NCBI GenBank assembly: GCA_052390235.1 | Contig: JBQTHB010000002.1 | Location: 64,001 to 128,000, forward strand | Source: Deltaproteobacteria bacterium | Lineage (GTDB): Bacteria; Desulfobacterota_D; UBA1144; Nemesobacterales; CSP1-2 | Direction of reading: 5' to 3' | Length of the DNA stretch: 64,000 nucleotides | Shown here: positions 41,674 through 52,260 of the stretch, one piece after another | Numbering within the stretch: position 1 is the stretch's first letter | Layout of the letters: the number at the start of each line of letters is the position of its first letter | Notes under the pieces: model-generated | The model's database searches: none | Told to the model about the DNA's origin: nothing | What the model saw: the letters and a program-made list of their open reading frames with translations, nothing else | Made by a program: the position numbers and the translations under genes

Positions 41674-42678
41674 ATGACCGAAGCTAAACCAATTCTCGTA
41701 ACCGGAGACCGCCCCACCGGCAGGCTTCACCTAGGGCATTTGGTTGGCTCGCTTCGCAACCGCGTGAAATTCCAAAGCGACTTTAACTGCTTTTTCTTAG
41801 TCGCCGACCTGCACATGCTCACCACGCACTACGACAGGGTTCGGGAGGTCGAGCGCAACGTGCTTGAGATGGTCATGGATTGGCTAAGCGTGGGGATGGA
41901 CCCGGAGCAGTCCACATTCTACGTTCAGTCCCAAGCGCCGGCTATCACGGAGCTATACGCAATTCTCGCTATGCTCTGCCCGGTTCCCCGCGCCGAGCGG
42001 ATTCCCACGCTCAAGGAGAAGATTCACGACACCGGCGTCGGCGAGAATTACTCGGTCGGGCTTCTCGGCTATCCCGTTCTCATGGCGGCTGATATTCTAA
42101 TATTCAAAGCGCGCAAAGTCCCCGTCGGCGAGGACCAACTGAGCCATCTCGAAATCACTCGGGAGCTTGCGCGGCGGTTTAATTTCATCTACGGCGAATA
42201 TTTCCCTGAACCCGAGGCCGTCATCAGCGAGACTTCGAGGCTCGTAGGCACGGACGGAAACCGCAAGATGAGCAAGAGCCTGAACAATTGCATATACCTA
42301 TCGGATGACGCCAAGGCCGTCGAGCAGGGCGTGCGCTCGATGTTCACAGACCCGAACCGTCTCAGAGCCGACATCCCAGGACGCGTCGAGGGGAACCCGG
42401 TGTTTATCTATCATGACGCCTTCAACGACGATAAAGCCGAGGTTGAAGAGCTGAAAACCCGATACCGCGAGGGCAGGGTGGGGGACGTAGAGGTAAAACG
42501 AAAACTCGCCCGCGCAATAAACTCTCTTCTCGACCCCATTCGCGAGCGCCGGAGCGTTTATGAGAACAGACCCGATGACGTGAGGGATATTCTCCGCGAG
42601 GGAACTAGGAGAGCCGCCCTCCTAACCAAAGAGAATATTGACGAGATAATAGCCAAAATGGGGCTTTTTAAACCCTAG
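41674..42678 (+). CDS. trpS: Tryptophan--tRNA ligase
   Basis: [38 protein letters not shown] 41674 after AGGAG. Confidence 0.95.
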   Translation: MTEAKPILVTGDRPTGRLHLGHLVGSLRNRVKFQSDFNCFFLVADLHMLTTHYDRVREVERNVLEMVMDWLSVGMDPEQSTFYVQSQAPAITELYAILAMLCPVPRAERIPTLKEKIHDTGVGENYSVGLLGYPVLMAADILIFKARKVPVGEDQLSHLEITRELARRFNFIYGEYFPEPEAVISETSRLVGTDGNRKMSKSLNNCIYLSDDAKAVEQGVRSMFTDPNRLRADIPGRVEGNPVFIYHDAFNDDKAEVEELKTRYREGRVGDVEVKRKLARAINSLLDPIRERRSVYENRPDDVRDILREGTRRAALLTKENIDEIIAKMGLFKP

Positions 42679-42800
42679 CGGTATTATGCGCGCTTAGCTC
42701 TTAACTCCTAACTCGCCACTAGAAACTAGAAACTAAAAACTTTTCGCCCTCTTCTCGGCGCGCCCGCGCGAATCCCCTGAATACGCCTTATAATTAAGCG

Positions 42801-43922
42801 GTGAATTGGAAAATCGAGGGGCTCAAAAAGCTCGACTCCGTCATTGGCGGTATCGCTTCCCGTGTTGCTACGACTCTCATCAGCCCTAGGGCTGCGTCTC
42901 AACTCCCCCCCGGCGCGGTAAAAATCCTCGTCATCCGCCCCGGCGGAATTGGGGACGCCGCTCTGCTCTATCCCGCCCTCAGGGCACTCAGGGCGCATTT
43001 TGCCGCCGCGCGAATTGACGTTCTCGCCGAGAGGAGAAATTCCGGTATCCTGAGGGGCTGTCCATATCTCGACAACCTCATCGCTTACGACTCAAATCCC
43101 CTATCAACCCTCTTGCGAGTCATCAATCAGGGCTACGACATAGCGATTGACACAGAGCAGTGGCACAGGCTCAGCGCGCTCATTGCATATCTCACTAAAG
43201 CCCCGGCGAGGGTGGGGTTCGCCACGAGCGAGCGAGCGGCGCTGTTTACACATCCCGTAGCCTATAGCCAAGGCGAATACGAGGCTCAGAGTTTTCTCAA
43301 TCTCGCCTCGGCGGTTACGGGCACAAAATACGATTTTGATACGGCGCGCCCGTTCATTCCCCTTGATGCGGCGGCGGTTTCGAGGGCGCGCTCCGGGCTT
43401 GCTAGGCTCAGGCAAAATAGGCGTATTGCGGGGATATTTTACGGCGCAACTGTGCCTGAGCGCAGATGGGGAGTTGCCAAATTCAAAGAGCTTGCCGAGA
43501 GATTAATTGCCTCCGGCGCGCGCGTCGCCGTCCTCGGCGGAAGGGACGAGCTTCGGGATTCGGCTCAGTTTGGGGGGATGTTCCTATCGGGCGATGCGGC
43601 GGATTTCGTGGGTAAAACCTCGCTTGCCGAGACCGCGGCTTTAATTGCCGAGCTTGACCTCCTCGTAACGGGCGACACCGGCTTGCTCCACATCGCCTGC
43701 GGAGTCGGGACGCCGACAGTTTCCCTCTTCGGCGCGGGGATTGAGGCGAAGTGGTCTCCGAGGGGGCAAAATCACATTGCGATTAATAAAAATTTAGCCT
43801 GTAGCCCATGCACGAAATTCGGCTACACCCCCAAATGCCCATTCAGCGTGCAATGTCTCAGCGACATCGGGGTCGCGCAGGTCGCTGAGGCCGCGATGAG
43901 ACTGCTCGATATGAAAAACTGA
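42801..43922 (+). CDS. Glycosyltransferase family 9 (heptosyltransferase-like)
   Basis: IRPGGIGD, RRW, GKTSLAE, DTGLLHIA, PTVSLFG, CSPC...C...C. Confidence 0.88.
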   Translation: MNWKIEGLKKLDSVIGGIASRVATTLISPRAASQLPPGAVKILVIRPGGIGDAALLYPALRALRAHFAAARIDVLAERRNSGILRGCPYLDNLIAYDSNPLSTLLRVINQGYDIAIDTEQWHRLSALIAYLTKAPARVGFATSERAALFTHPVAYSQGEYEAQSFLNLASAVTGTKYDFDTARPFIPLDAAAVSRARSGLARLRQNRRIAGIFYGATVPERRWGVAKFKELAERLIASGARVAVLGGRDELRDSAQFGGMFLSGDAADFVGKTSLAETAALIAELDLLVTGDTGLLHIACGVGTPTVSLFGAGIEAKWSPRGQNHIAINKNLACSPCTKFGYTPKCPFSVQCLSDIGVAQVAEAAMRLLDMKN

Positions 43923-43966
43923 GGGGCGCGAGGGTTCAGCCCACCGCCCCATGATAAATTTGCCGA

Positions 43967-44851
43967 TTAAACCCCCTTGTCCTCAAGTCCCGGGGGAAGC
44001 TCGCCGTAGTAGGGGGAGCTTTCATTCTCATAAAGCGCGCGGATGTGTTCTTTGGGCATATCGGGCATTGCCTCGGTGAATCCGAACATACGGCAGATGT
44101 GCTTTAGCTCCTCTTCGCGTCCCGGAAGTGGATCCATGGGCTGGATGAGTCCTTGTGCCTTTAGTTGTTCCTTCACTTCGGCGTCTTCTTTGAGCGGAGC
44201 GCCGTATTCGTTAGAGTGAAAGAGCCTGTCGAAGCGCTTTCTCGGTCTCTGCCCCGGAGACTCAGCGGCGTACCCTACGGACATGAGCCAAATCGGGACG
44301 ACGTTCTCTGGAGTTCCAAGCACCTTCGGGAATTCCGCCGGTTTTCTCCCCGTGGCTAGGAGACAGCACCCAAGCCCAAGCTCCGTTGCGGCAAGCATGG
44401 AATGAGCTATTGCCTGTCCCGCCTCGATTCTGAGCAAGCTCTCGGCTCTGTCGCGGGGGAAGCTCATGAGGCGCGGATATGTAACCTCGGTTAGGAGCTT
44501 GTACGTCCACCCGTGGGCGACGCTGATTGCGCGCGCCGGAAACAGCACGGCGAACGACTGCACCAATTCCTTGTACCAAGCGTCCATATTCAGAAGCCAC
44601 GCTATCACAACCGGGGCTTGGCGCAGGTGAATCTCGTTAAACGGCGATGCGCACTCGACTATCTGCTCGAATTTCTCTTTCGGGTACGTTTTCTTGTCAA
44701 TCACTATTGCCTCGGTCGAGCCGCAGTTGCCCTGGCACGAGGCGTATCTTGCCGCCTGAAGCATGGCCTGAATTTTCCATTCCTCAACTGGCTTCCACGG
44801 TTTATAAAACCTAACGCTTCTCCTTGCGCCCATAGCTTCCATGAGTTCCAT
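43967..44851 (-). CDS. Nitroreductase-family protein with C-terminal extension
   Basis: RRSVRFYK, LAATELGLGCC, SVGYA, RPRK; ATG 44851 after AGGAGG. Confidence 0.8.
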   Translation of the reverse strand: MELMEAMGARRSVRFYKPWKPVEEWKIQAMLQAARYASCQGNCGSTEAIVIDKKTYPKEKFEQIVECASPFNEIHLRQAPVVIAWLLNMDAWYKELVQSFAVLFPARAISVAHGWTYKLLTEVTYPRLMSFPRDRAESLLRIEAGQAIAHSMLAATELGLGCCLLATGRKPAEFPKVLGTPENVVPIWLMSVGYAAESPGQRPRKRFDRLFHSNEYGAPLKEDAEVKEQLKAQGLIQPMDPLPGREEELKHICRMFGFTEAMPDMPKEHIRALYENESSPYYGELPPGLEDKGV

Positions 44852-44943
44852 TTTGGTGTTACCTCCTAAATTTTTTATCAATTAAAGCAACTCCCGCCGC
44901 CGATGTCAAGCAGTATTACCTCTCCATCACACCGCGCGCGCGG

Positions 44944-45588
44944 CTAAACCCCTCTGCGGTCGCCCCAGATGAGCTTGTGAAGCTGGGGGAGAATTCGCGC
45001 TTCGATGCCGTCCTCTAGGATTCGCTCGGCGATACGCTTTAAGTCCGAGCCGAAGACGGGCTGAAATATCGCCGCCGCTTGAATGCGGAATTTCCCAAGA
45101 ACACCCTTGGCGTATTCGTAGTCGGCTTCGTCTTGAATGACGAATTTAAGCTGGTCTTGGGGGCGGAGCCTTTCGAACAGGGAAAAATCCATTCGCCCCT
45201 CCATCCGCGAGCTAGGACACTTGCAATCCATGCTGATGAGACACCTCTCCTGCCAAAATACCGGCGGCGGCTCTTTATGCCCGCTCGTCTCAAGCACTAT
45301 GGCGTATCCCTCGCCAAGCAAATCCTCCGCGAGAATCTCAAGCTCCTTTTTCTGGATGAGCGGCTCTCCGCCGGTGAGGCACACCCTCCTGCATCCGAAG
45401 GCATCTATCCGGCGCTTGACCTCCTCAACCCCCATATTGCGGAAATCCCTGCCCTCGACGGCGTACATCGAGTCGCACCACGCACACCGAAGGTCGCAGG
45501 CAAAGAGGCGCACGAACACCGTCGGAAGCCCTATCTGAACCCCCTCGCCCTGGATTGAGAAGAAGATTTCGTTTATTTTCATTTTCAA
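44944..45588 (-). CDS. queE: 7-carboxy-7-deazaguanine synthase (radical SAM)
   Basis: EIFFSIQGEG, CDLRCAWCD, TGGEPL, LETSG, PQLHK. Confidence 0.92.
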   Translation of the reverse strand: MKMKINEIFFSIQGEGVQIGLPTVFVRLFACDLRCAWCDSMYAVEGRDFRNMGVEEVKRRIDAFGCRRVCLTGGEPLIQKKELEILAEDLLGEGYAIVLETSGHKEPPPVFWQERCLISMDCKCPSSRMEGRMDFSLFERLRPQDQLKFVIQDEADYEYAKGVLGKFRIQAAAIFQPVFGSDLKRIAERILEDGIEARILPQLHKLIWGDRRGV

Positions 45589-45692
45589 AGCCCTTCAATC
45601 TGCGCGATATAAGGCAACCTCAGCCCCATAAATTACGCTCTCGCCCCGCTAGGGCTGACAGATAGAGGAGAAATCCTATCCCGCGTTATGAA

Positions 45693-46370
45693 TTATCTCT
45701 CGTACTCGGTTGGGTCTATCAGCCCTGCATCCCAAAACGCGCGCTTTCTCTCCCTGCACGACGAACATACCCCGCAGTGCGCCGCGCCGCCCTTGTAGCA
45801 AGACCACGTCAAGGCTAATGGTACTCCTAGAGCCGCGCCAAGCCTCGCAATGTCGGATTTATTCATCTCCACAAACGGGGCAGAGATTACCAAGCCCGGC
45901 AAATCCGTGGCGAGTCTTGCGGCTTGCTCGAAAGCCTGTACGAATTCCCTGCGGCAGTCTGGATACACGCCCCTGTCCGAGTGGTGTGCGCCGAATAAAA
46001 CCCGCTCTGCGCCGATGCTTACGGCGTATCCGGTAGCAATGGACAGAAATATGGAGTTCCTATTGGGTACGATGGTCGTCTTGAGGGTTTCGTAATATTC
46101 CGAGGTCTCAGGCACTTCGGGGATGTCAACGGATGCGTCGGTGAGCGCCGAGCCTCGGAGGATTTCCCCTAGCGCTGAGAGGTCTATCACCTTGTGGGAG
46201 ACACCGAGAGCGGAGCAAATTTTACGGGCGGACTCAATTTCACGCTCATGCTTCTGCCCGTAGAGGAACGTTAGCGCGAGCGTCTCAAAACCCTCGGATA
46301 CGGTTTTATGGAGCAGAGCCGCGCTGTCTAGTCCTCCAGATACGATAACTACGGCTTTTGTTCTCGGCAT
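45693..46370 (-). CDS. queC: 7-cyano-7-deazaguanine synthase
   Basis: SGGLDS, YGQKH, VPNRN, YPDCR, TWSCY, HCGVCSSC. Confidence 0.96.
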   Translation of the reverse strand: MPRTKAVVIVSGGLDSAALLHKTVSEGFETLALTFLYGQKHEREIESARKICSALGVSHKVIDLSALGEILRGSALTDASVDIPEVPETSEYYETLKTTIVPNRNSIFLSIATGYAVSIGAERVLFGAHHSDRGVYPDCRREFVQAFEQAARLATDLPGLVISAPFVEMNKSDIARLGAALGVPLALTWSCYKGGAAHCGVCSSCRERKRAFWDAGLIDPTEYER

Positions 46371-46436
46371 CCCGCTTTAATCTATACGACTTAGCGAGCA
46401 TGGACAAGAGCCGTCCTGCCGCCCGCCGCCTCGGTT

Positions 46437-48650
46437 CTATTGGGGTTTAGGCGACGTTTCGCGGTTTTTTACTATCGTATCGAAGAAGTCGTCGAGCTTG
46501 CCCTCAAGGTCGTCAACCCTCTTTATCACGTCCTGAATGCGCGTGTCAACCTCTTCGGCTTCGAGGTCAATGTCCGGGCATTTTTTCCATTCGATGATAT
46601 GGCTTTTAATGTGGTCAAATGCCTCGCGCATGGATTTCATATCGTTCGATATGCCGGCGACACTCACCGCGATTTCCTTCTTCTCCCTCTCGCGTTTGAC
46701 GTACCCTAGCCAAAACACGGCGAATAGGCACGCGGCCAGGAGTATCCCCTGCGCAAGTAGGGTTTCCACTGTGGGATATATCCCAAGCAAATCAATTTGA
46801 GGGAAGCCGTCAACCGGGCTGATGCCTATGACCCCCGCCTCCTGAAACTCCCTAATCCCCTTGCCGAGAAGCACAAACGAGAGGAAATACAGAAACGAGC
46901 TTGTAACGCTGAAGAAGTATTTAAGCGGCACGCGAAGCCCCAGCTTAAATATCACGACAACCAGAACCAGCAGTATCCCCCCTCCCGCCACGATTCCCCA
47001 CACGACGGCGTCTCTGGAATTTTCGGCTTGAATCCAGAGCGCCTGATAGAACAGCACCGTCTCGAACGCCTCTCTATAGACGGCAAAGAACGATACGCTT
47101 GCCAGGGCGAATACGCTTTTTTTCGTCAGCGCCTCTTTAACCTTGCCCTGAATGTAGTCTTTCCACCTTTTAACCTCGATTTTCGTGATGAGCCAGTAGC
47201 TCACCCAAAACAGCGCTGCCGACGCAATGAGCGACGTTGCCCCTTCGATGATTTCCCTCTGCGCGCCACTGATGGAAATCACGGTCTGCGCCAATACCCA
47301 AGTAACAAAACCCGCCGCGAGAGCCGAAATCCAGCCTATGTGAATGTACTTGACCGCTTCCCTTGCCCCCGTAACCGAGAGATATGCAATAACCGCCGCT
47401 ACGATTAAAGCCGCCTCCAGCCCCTCCCTGAGGATTATCGCCAGCGAGTTGAGGAATGAAAATACCTTGCTCAGCGGTTTTGCGTCCTGAAGTTTTATTG
47501 TCGCTCGCTCTAGGTTCGCCCCAATTTCCGCCCCTAGAGCCTCTACCTCGGAGACAGGCCTGCCGGTTTTAATGAACCCTCTCAGATTGGCAAACTGCCC
47601 CTCCAGGGTCAAGACCAAATCCGAATCCTTTACGCGAAGCTCCGATTCCACCTGCTCAAACCCCTCGAGATAGGCGTCGAGCGCGTTTGTGTATGCGTCT
47701 TCTCGGTTGCCGTTTTTATATAGCTCGACCGACTGTTTGGAGAAATTTTTCGCCGCCAAAAGCGGGTCTCCTCCGCCTCCCGTGCTTCCGCCAGCGGGGG
47801 GAGGAGCGGAAAGCGCCCCTGTTCTGAGGTAGGCGAGCGCGCCAGGCATATCCTCGTCCGAGACGGAGGATTGCTTGAGGGTATCGGCAATTTCGTCGTC
47901 CGATGAAGCAGAGAGGGTTTTATAATCTCTCATTGCGGCGGGAATTTCGCTCTTATCGGCAAGCTGTCTCCCCGCTATTCTCTCTTCAGCCGTGAACTTA
48001 AGCGATGCGACGTAAAAACCGATATTCCATTTATCCTCGTCTGAGAGCTGAGGAAACGCGGGCATGGCGGTGCCTTCGATGCCGTAGTTCGCGGTGTTGA
48101 AGACCTTAAATGGCGAAAGCCCGGAGGCAAAGCTCCTGTCGGTGAAATCCGCGGGTTGGGGATTCATCCCCCCTGCTAATAAGCCGTCTCCTCCACCAGA
48201 TACCCCGTGGCACATGGCGCAGTTCTGCTCGTAGAGCCGCATTCCCTCGGCAGGAGCAGGCTGGTTTTTTGGGTAGGTGGCGATGGAGTAGGTCGCAATT
48301 AGTTTTTCTTTGATGGATTTTGATATTGACTCGACTTCGGCGGGAGCGGCTTTGGAGTCAATTCTGCGCTTCAGGTCAAGGACGAGCGCTTCGATGCTGG
48401 CTCTATCGCCGCCCGCAGATTTCATCAATTCGAGGAGCTTGAGCGAATCCGCCGAGAATCCGAGCATCTCCTCGTATTCAATGTCGCTTATGATGTTGCC
48501 GTCTGCAATGGCGTTTTTATAGTCCCCCCCGACGTAGTCAACTATCGAGAGGATGCGCTTTGCCTCTCTCTCGGATGCAAATGACGCGGAGGCTAGACAC
48601 AGGATGAGCGCGACGCTCGCCGCCGCATTTAATAATCTGCCGATATTCAT
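46437..48650 (-). CDS. Cytochrome c / FTR1 iron permease fusion (PbrT-like)
   Basis: Signal peptide, CAMCH heme motif, GIEGTAMP, REGLE and REAFE motifs in multi-TM domain. Confidence 0.9.
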   Translation of the reverse strand: MNIGRLLNAAASVALILCLASASFASEREAKRILSIVDYVGGDYKNAIADGNIISDIEYEEMLGFSADSLKLLELMKSAGGDRASIEALVLDLKRRIDSKAAPAEVESISKSIKEKLIATYSIATYPKNQPAPAEGMRLYEQNCAMCHGVSGGGDGLLAGGMNPQPADFTDRSFASGLSPFKVFNTANYGIEGTAMPAFPQLSDEDKWNIGFYVASLKFTAEERIAGRQLADKSEIPAAMRDYKTLSASSDDEIADTLKQSSVSDEDMPGALAYLRTGALSAPPPAGGSTGGGGDPLLAAKNFSKQSVELYKNGNREDAYTNALDAYLEGFEQVESELRVKDSDLVLTLEGQFANLRGFIKTGRPVSEVEALGAEIGANLERATIKLQDAKPLSKVFSFLNSLAIILREGLEAALIVAAVIAYLSVTGAREAVKYIHIGWISALAAGFVTWVLAQTVISISGAQREIIEGATSLIASAALFWVSYWLITKIEVKRWKDYIQGKVKEALTKKSVFALASVSFFAVYREAFETVLFYQALWIQAENSRDAVVWGIVAGGGILLVLVVVIFKLGLRVPLKYFFSVTSSFLYFLSFVLLGKGIREFQEAGVIGISPVDGFPQIDLLGIYPTVETLLAQGILLAACLFAVFWLGYVKREREKKEIAVSVAGISNDMKSMREAFDHIKSHIIEWKKCPDIDLEAEEVDTRIQDVIKRVDDLEGKLDDFFDTIVKNRETSPKPQ

Positions 48651-48686
48651 TCTGCCGCCCCCTCCGTTATCATGAACTGACGAAAC

Positions 48687-48701
48687 TGAAACTGATTATC
48701 A
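48687..48701. promoter_or_regulatory. Putative Fur box upstream of FTR1 gene
   Basis: Minus strand TGATAATCAGTTTCA, 12/14 match to the 7-1-7 TGATAATnATTATCA consensus, ~37 nt before ATG. Confidence 0.65.
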
Positions 48702-48810
48702 AATTGCCGGTAACAATTCTGAGGTTACCACGCGGGGTATTTATGTCAACAACTAGCCCTCCGTGCGCCATTTGAAATAACTTGGCTCAGATAGTAAAAT
48801 CTCTACTGTT

Positions 48811-49269
48811 ATGAGAGCGATTAGATCCAATGTGTTTATTGAAGAGATGAAGCCCGAAGACCTCGACGAGGTTCTGCTCATCGAGAGATCCTCATTTCCC
48901 TCGCCTTGGCCCAGGCGGATATTCGAGATGGAACTCAAGACTCGGCGCTCGTTTAAGTGCGTCTCAAGGGTCGGCGGCGCTGTAGCGGGGTACATCATCG
49001 CTTGGATAATTTACGACGAGGGGCATATATTAAATGTCGCCGTTCATCCCGACTTCAGGCGGCTCGGCATCGGGGAGGCTCTAATGAGAGAGTGCCTCGG
49101 CTACTTCACACGAAAGTCCGTGAAATACGCTATTTTAGAGGTAAGGCGGTCTAACCTCGGCGCGATAACTCTATATGAAAAATTGGGATTTAACCCCGTC
49201 GGCGTGAGAAAGAGCTATTACTCCGACACCGAAGAAGACGCGATAGTGATGATGCTCGATTTTGAATAG
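48811..49269 (+). CDS. rimI: Ribosomal protein S18-alanine N-acetyltransferase
   Basis: FPSPW, EGHILNVAVHP, RRLGIG, LEVRRSN, RKSYY, EDAIVM. Confidence 0.9.
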   Translation: MRAIRSNVFIEEMKPEDLDEVLLIERSSFPSPWPRRIFEMELKTRRSFKCVSRVGGAVAGYIIAWIIYDEGHILNVAVHPDFRRLGIGEALMRECLGYFTRKSVKYAILEVRRSNLGAITLYEKLGFNPVGVRKSYYSDTEEDAIVMMLDFE

Positions 49270-49288
49270 CAGGCGCGACTTTCCCATA

Positions 49289-50932
49289 TCACCCAGCTTT
49301 TGCGCCCCCTTTGTACCGCCCATAGACCTTCTCCATGGCGCGGGTCATCTCGCCGATAGTGGCGTAGTCCCTCACGGCCTCGACGATACACGGCATGATG
49401 TTTCTGCCCGCTCTTGCCGCCTCAGTGAGTTTCCGCAGGTCTGATTGCACTTTAGCGTTATTCCTATTGGCTCTGAGGTGTTTGAGCCTCCGGGCTTTGA
49501 TTTCCTCGATATTCGGGTTGATTTTGAGAATATCCACGGGCGATTCGCTGGCGTTGGTGAAATCGTTTACGCCCACGATAACGCGCTCCCTGCCCTCGAC
49601 TTCGAGCTGATACCTGTAGGACGCCTCTTCGATTTCCTGATTGATGTATCCCTCTTCGATGCACTTTATCATGCCGCCCCGACGGTCAATCTCTTGGATA
49701 TATCTCACAGCTTCCCGCTCGATTCTATCCGTAAGCGACTCAATGGCGTAAGACCCTGCAAGCGGGTCAACGGTGTCTGCGGCTTGGCTCTCATGGGCGA
49801 TGACCTGCTGAGTGCGGAGCGCAATGGTTGCCGCCTCTTCCGAGGGCAGGGCTAGGGCTTCGTCAAAGGAGTTTGTGTGGAGGGATTGAGTGCCTCCCAG
49901 TACTGCGGCGAGGGCTTGAATCGTAACGCGCATTATGTTGTTTCGCGGCTGCTGAGCGGTGAGCGTAACGCCGGAGGTTTGAGAATGCACCCTGAAGATG
50001 CAGGCTCTGGGGTCTTTGGCGCGGAATCTCTCGCGCATGATTTTTGCCCACAGCCTTCGCGCCGCCCTGTATTTTGCAATCTCCTCCAAAAAATTATTGT
50101 GGACGGCGAAAAAAAACGAGACGCGCTCGGCTATTTTTTCAACGTCAATCCCCCTTGCCTGCGCCCGCTCTAAATAGGCTATCCCGTCGGCGAGCATAAA
50201 TGCCACCTCCTGCACCGCTGTAGAGCCTGCCTCTCTCATGTGATAGCCGCTTACGCTGATGGGATTCCACTTAGTGATTTTATCGCGGCAGTACTCCATT
50301 ACGTCAATTGTGATTTTCACCGAAGGCTCAGGGGGGAACACATAAGTCCCTCTGGCGATGAACTCTTTGAGGAGGTCATTTTGAGTCGTGCCTTGAATCC
50401 TGTCCGCGCTGACTCCCTGCTTTTCCGCCGCCACCATGTACATTGCAAGGAGCATCGAAGCCGTTGAGTTTATCGTCATTGATGTGCTGACTTCCCCAAG
50501 CGGGATGCCGCCAAAGAGGATTTCCACATCCTCAAGCGAGTCTATCGCCACGCCCACGCGCCCGACCTCGCCCTTGCTCATAGGCTCGTCCGAGTCGTAG
50601 CCCATCTGAGTCGGCAGGTCAAAGGCGACGCTTAAGCCCGTTTGCCCCTGCGCAAGTAGGTATTTAAAGCGCTCGTTGGTCTCCTCAGCCGTGCCGAATC
50701 CCGCGTATTGGCGCATTGTCCAGAGCCGTCCGCGAAACATCGTCGGTTGAACCCCGCGCGTGAAGGGGAACTCGCCCGGGTAGCCGATGTCGGATTCATA
50801 ATCAATTTGAGCCACGTCCTCCGGGGTGTAGAGCCTATCTATCTCTATGCCCGAGGGGGTTGTGAAATTTCGTTTTCTCTCTTTGAGATTCTTACCCGCT
50901 CTACTTTCCCAATCGCTTTTTTTCGATGTCAT
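49289..50932 (-). CDS. Methylmalonyl-CoA mutase, substrate-binding (large) subunit lacking B12-binding domain
   Basis: [51 protein letters not shown]; no DxHxxG domain. Confidence 0.92.
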   Translation of the reverse strand: MTSKKSDWESRAGKNLKERKRNFTTPSGIEIDRLYTPEDVAQIDYESDIGYPGEFPFTRGVQPTMFRGRLWTMRQYAGFGTAEETNERFKYLLAQGQTGLSVAFDLPTQMGYDSDEPMSKGEVGRVGVAIDSLEDVEILFGGIPLGEVSTSMTINSTASMLLAMYMVAAEKQGVSADRIQGTTQNDLLKEFIARGTYVFPPEPSVKITIDVMEYCRDKITKWNPISVSGYHMREAGSTAVQEVAFMLADGIAYLERAQARGIDVEKIAERVSFFFAVHNNFLEEIAKYRAARRLWAKIMRERFRAKDPRACIFRVHSQTSGVTLTAQQPRNNIMRVTIQALAAVLGGTQSLHTNSFDEALALPSEEAATIALRTQQVIAHESQAADTVDPLAGSYAIESLTDRIEREAVRYIQEIDRRGGMIKCIEEGYINQEIEEASYRYQLEVEGRERVIVGVNDFTNASESPVDILKINPNIEEIKARRLKHLRANRNNAKVQSDLRKLTEAARAGRNIMPCIVEAVRDYATIGEMTRAMEKVYGRYKGGAKAG

Positions 50933-51098
50933 TTTTTTCCGAGACCTTGCTGTTCTGGGATTTTTATATAGGAGACCAAAAAAGCGGCTCCCTCATACGG
51001 AGCTTAGACGCACGGTCTGCCCTGCGGATAAGCCGGCGGGGATTATTTTACCTTGATTTTGCGGGAGGAATAGAGTGATAAATTATGCGGCGCCCGAG

Positions 51099-52076
51099 TT
51101 ATTTCCGTCTTATTAGGACGTAGTCGGCAAGCGAGGCGAGGGATTCTCTGTAGCCGCTCTCGGGGATGGCGGCGATGGCGCTCTTGGCTTTTTCGATGAA
51201 CCCCTCGGCGCGTCTGAGCGTTCTGTCCACGCCTCTATATCTCTGGACAACGGCGAGGATAAATTGGACGTCCTCCTCGGGGGCGTCTTTGCCGAGCAGA
51301 GCGAGGGTTTTTACCCTTTCCTCGTTAGATGCGCCTTCGAGGGCATAGACGAGGGGGAGGGTGAGTTTGCCTTCTTTGAGGTCCTGCCCTATGGTTTTGC
51401 CGAATTCTCCCTGGTCGGCGGAGTAATCTAGCGCGTCGTCCACTATCTGAAAGGCAGCGCCGAGGTTAAATCCGTATTCGCCGAGAGCCGAGACCGACCT
51501 CTCATCCGCGCGGGCTAGGATTGCCCCCACTTTGGCGCAGGCTTCAATGAGCGATGCCGTCTTATTCTCGATAATATCGAAGCAGAGCCTCTCGGAGATC
51601 TCCAGCATATTATTAGCCACCATCACCTCAAACACCTGCCCTTCAGCGAGTTTCGCAGATGCGTCGGTTACGGCTTTTATCACCTCAAGGCTCCCGCAGG
51701 ACGAAATTAGCCACAGAGCGCGGGCGAGCATAAAATCCCCCACAAGCACGCTCGGCTTGCTCCCCCATACGAGGTTCGATGCGACCCTGCCGCGCCGTAT
51801 CTGGGCATCGTCAACCACGTCGTCGTGCAAAAGCGTCGCCGTGTGAATAAGCTCAAGCGACACCGAAGAGGCTATCCGCTCGCGCCCGCCTGTAAGCCCC
51901 ATCGCTCCGCTTGCGAGAAGCACAACCGCCGGGCGCACACGCTTCCCCCCGCTCCCGAGTATGTAGCGGCAGATTTCATGCACCAGAGGCACGGGAGATT
52001 CAATATTGCCCGTGAGGTGATTCTCCACCTCTGCTAAGTCGGGAGCTATTATCTCAATGATTTCCGATAGTTCCAT
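51099..52076 (-). CDS. ispB: Polyprenyl (octaprenyl-type) diphosphate synthase
   Basis: GGKRVRP, LLHDDVVD, RRG, KTASL, FQIVDDALD, DLKEGKLTLP. Confidence 0.88.
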   Translation of the reverse strand: MELSEIIEIIAPDLAEVENHLTGNIESPVPLVHEICRYILGSGGKRVRPAVVLLASGAMGLTGGRERIASSVSLELIHTATLLHDDVVDDAQIRRGRVASNLVWGSKPSVLVGDFMLARALWLISSCGSLEVIKAVTDASAKLAEGQVFEVMVANNMLEISERLCFDIIENKTASLIEACAKVGAILARADERSVSALGEYGFNLGAAFQIVDDALDYSADQGEFGKTIGQDLKEGKLTLPLVYALEGASNEERVKTLALLGKDAPEEDVQFILAVVQRYRGVDRTLRRAEGFIEKAKSAIAAIPESGYRESLASLADYVLIRRK

Positions 52077-52260
52077 ACCCGTTTTAAGTTATCTGAATGA
52101 GCAGAATAAGTCAAAAATTTAGAGTATCGTTTTTTGCGCGGATTCCCCCAGTCCTGAACGCGTAGCCCCGAGACTGCCTGCTTTCAGCTTGGAATACGCG
52201 TCTTTTGGGGGATGCGCATCTTGAATCTGCCCTGCTCAATCCTGTATCATGAATTCATAG

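Noticed and set aside
45589..45692. preQ1 riboswitch near queC/queE
   Set aside because: No recognisable stem with A-rich tail here, and queC has essentially no leader
44944..46370. Deazaguanine DNA-modification (dpd) system
   Set aside because: No dpdA/tgt-like genes; host-like composition fits ordinary queuosine synthesis
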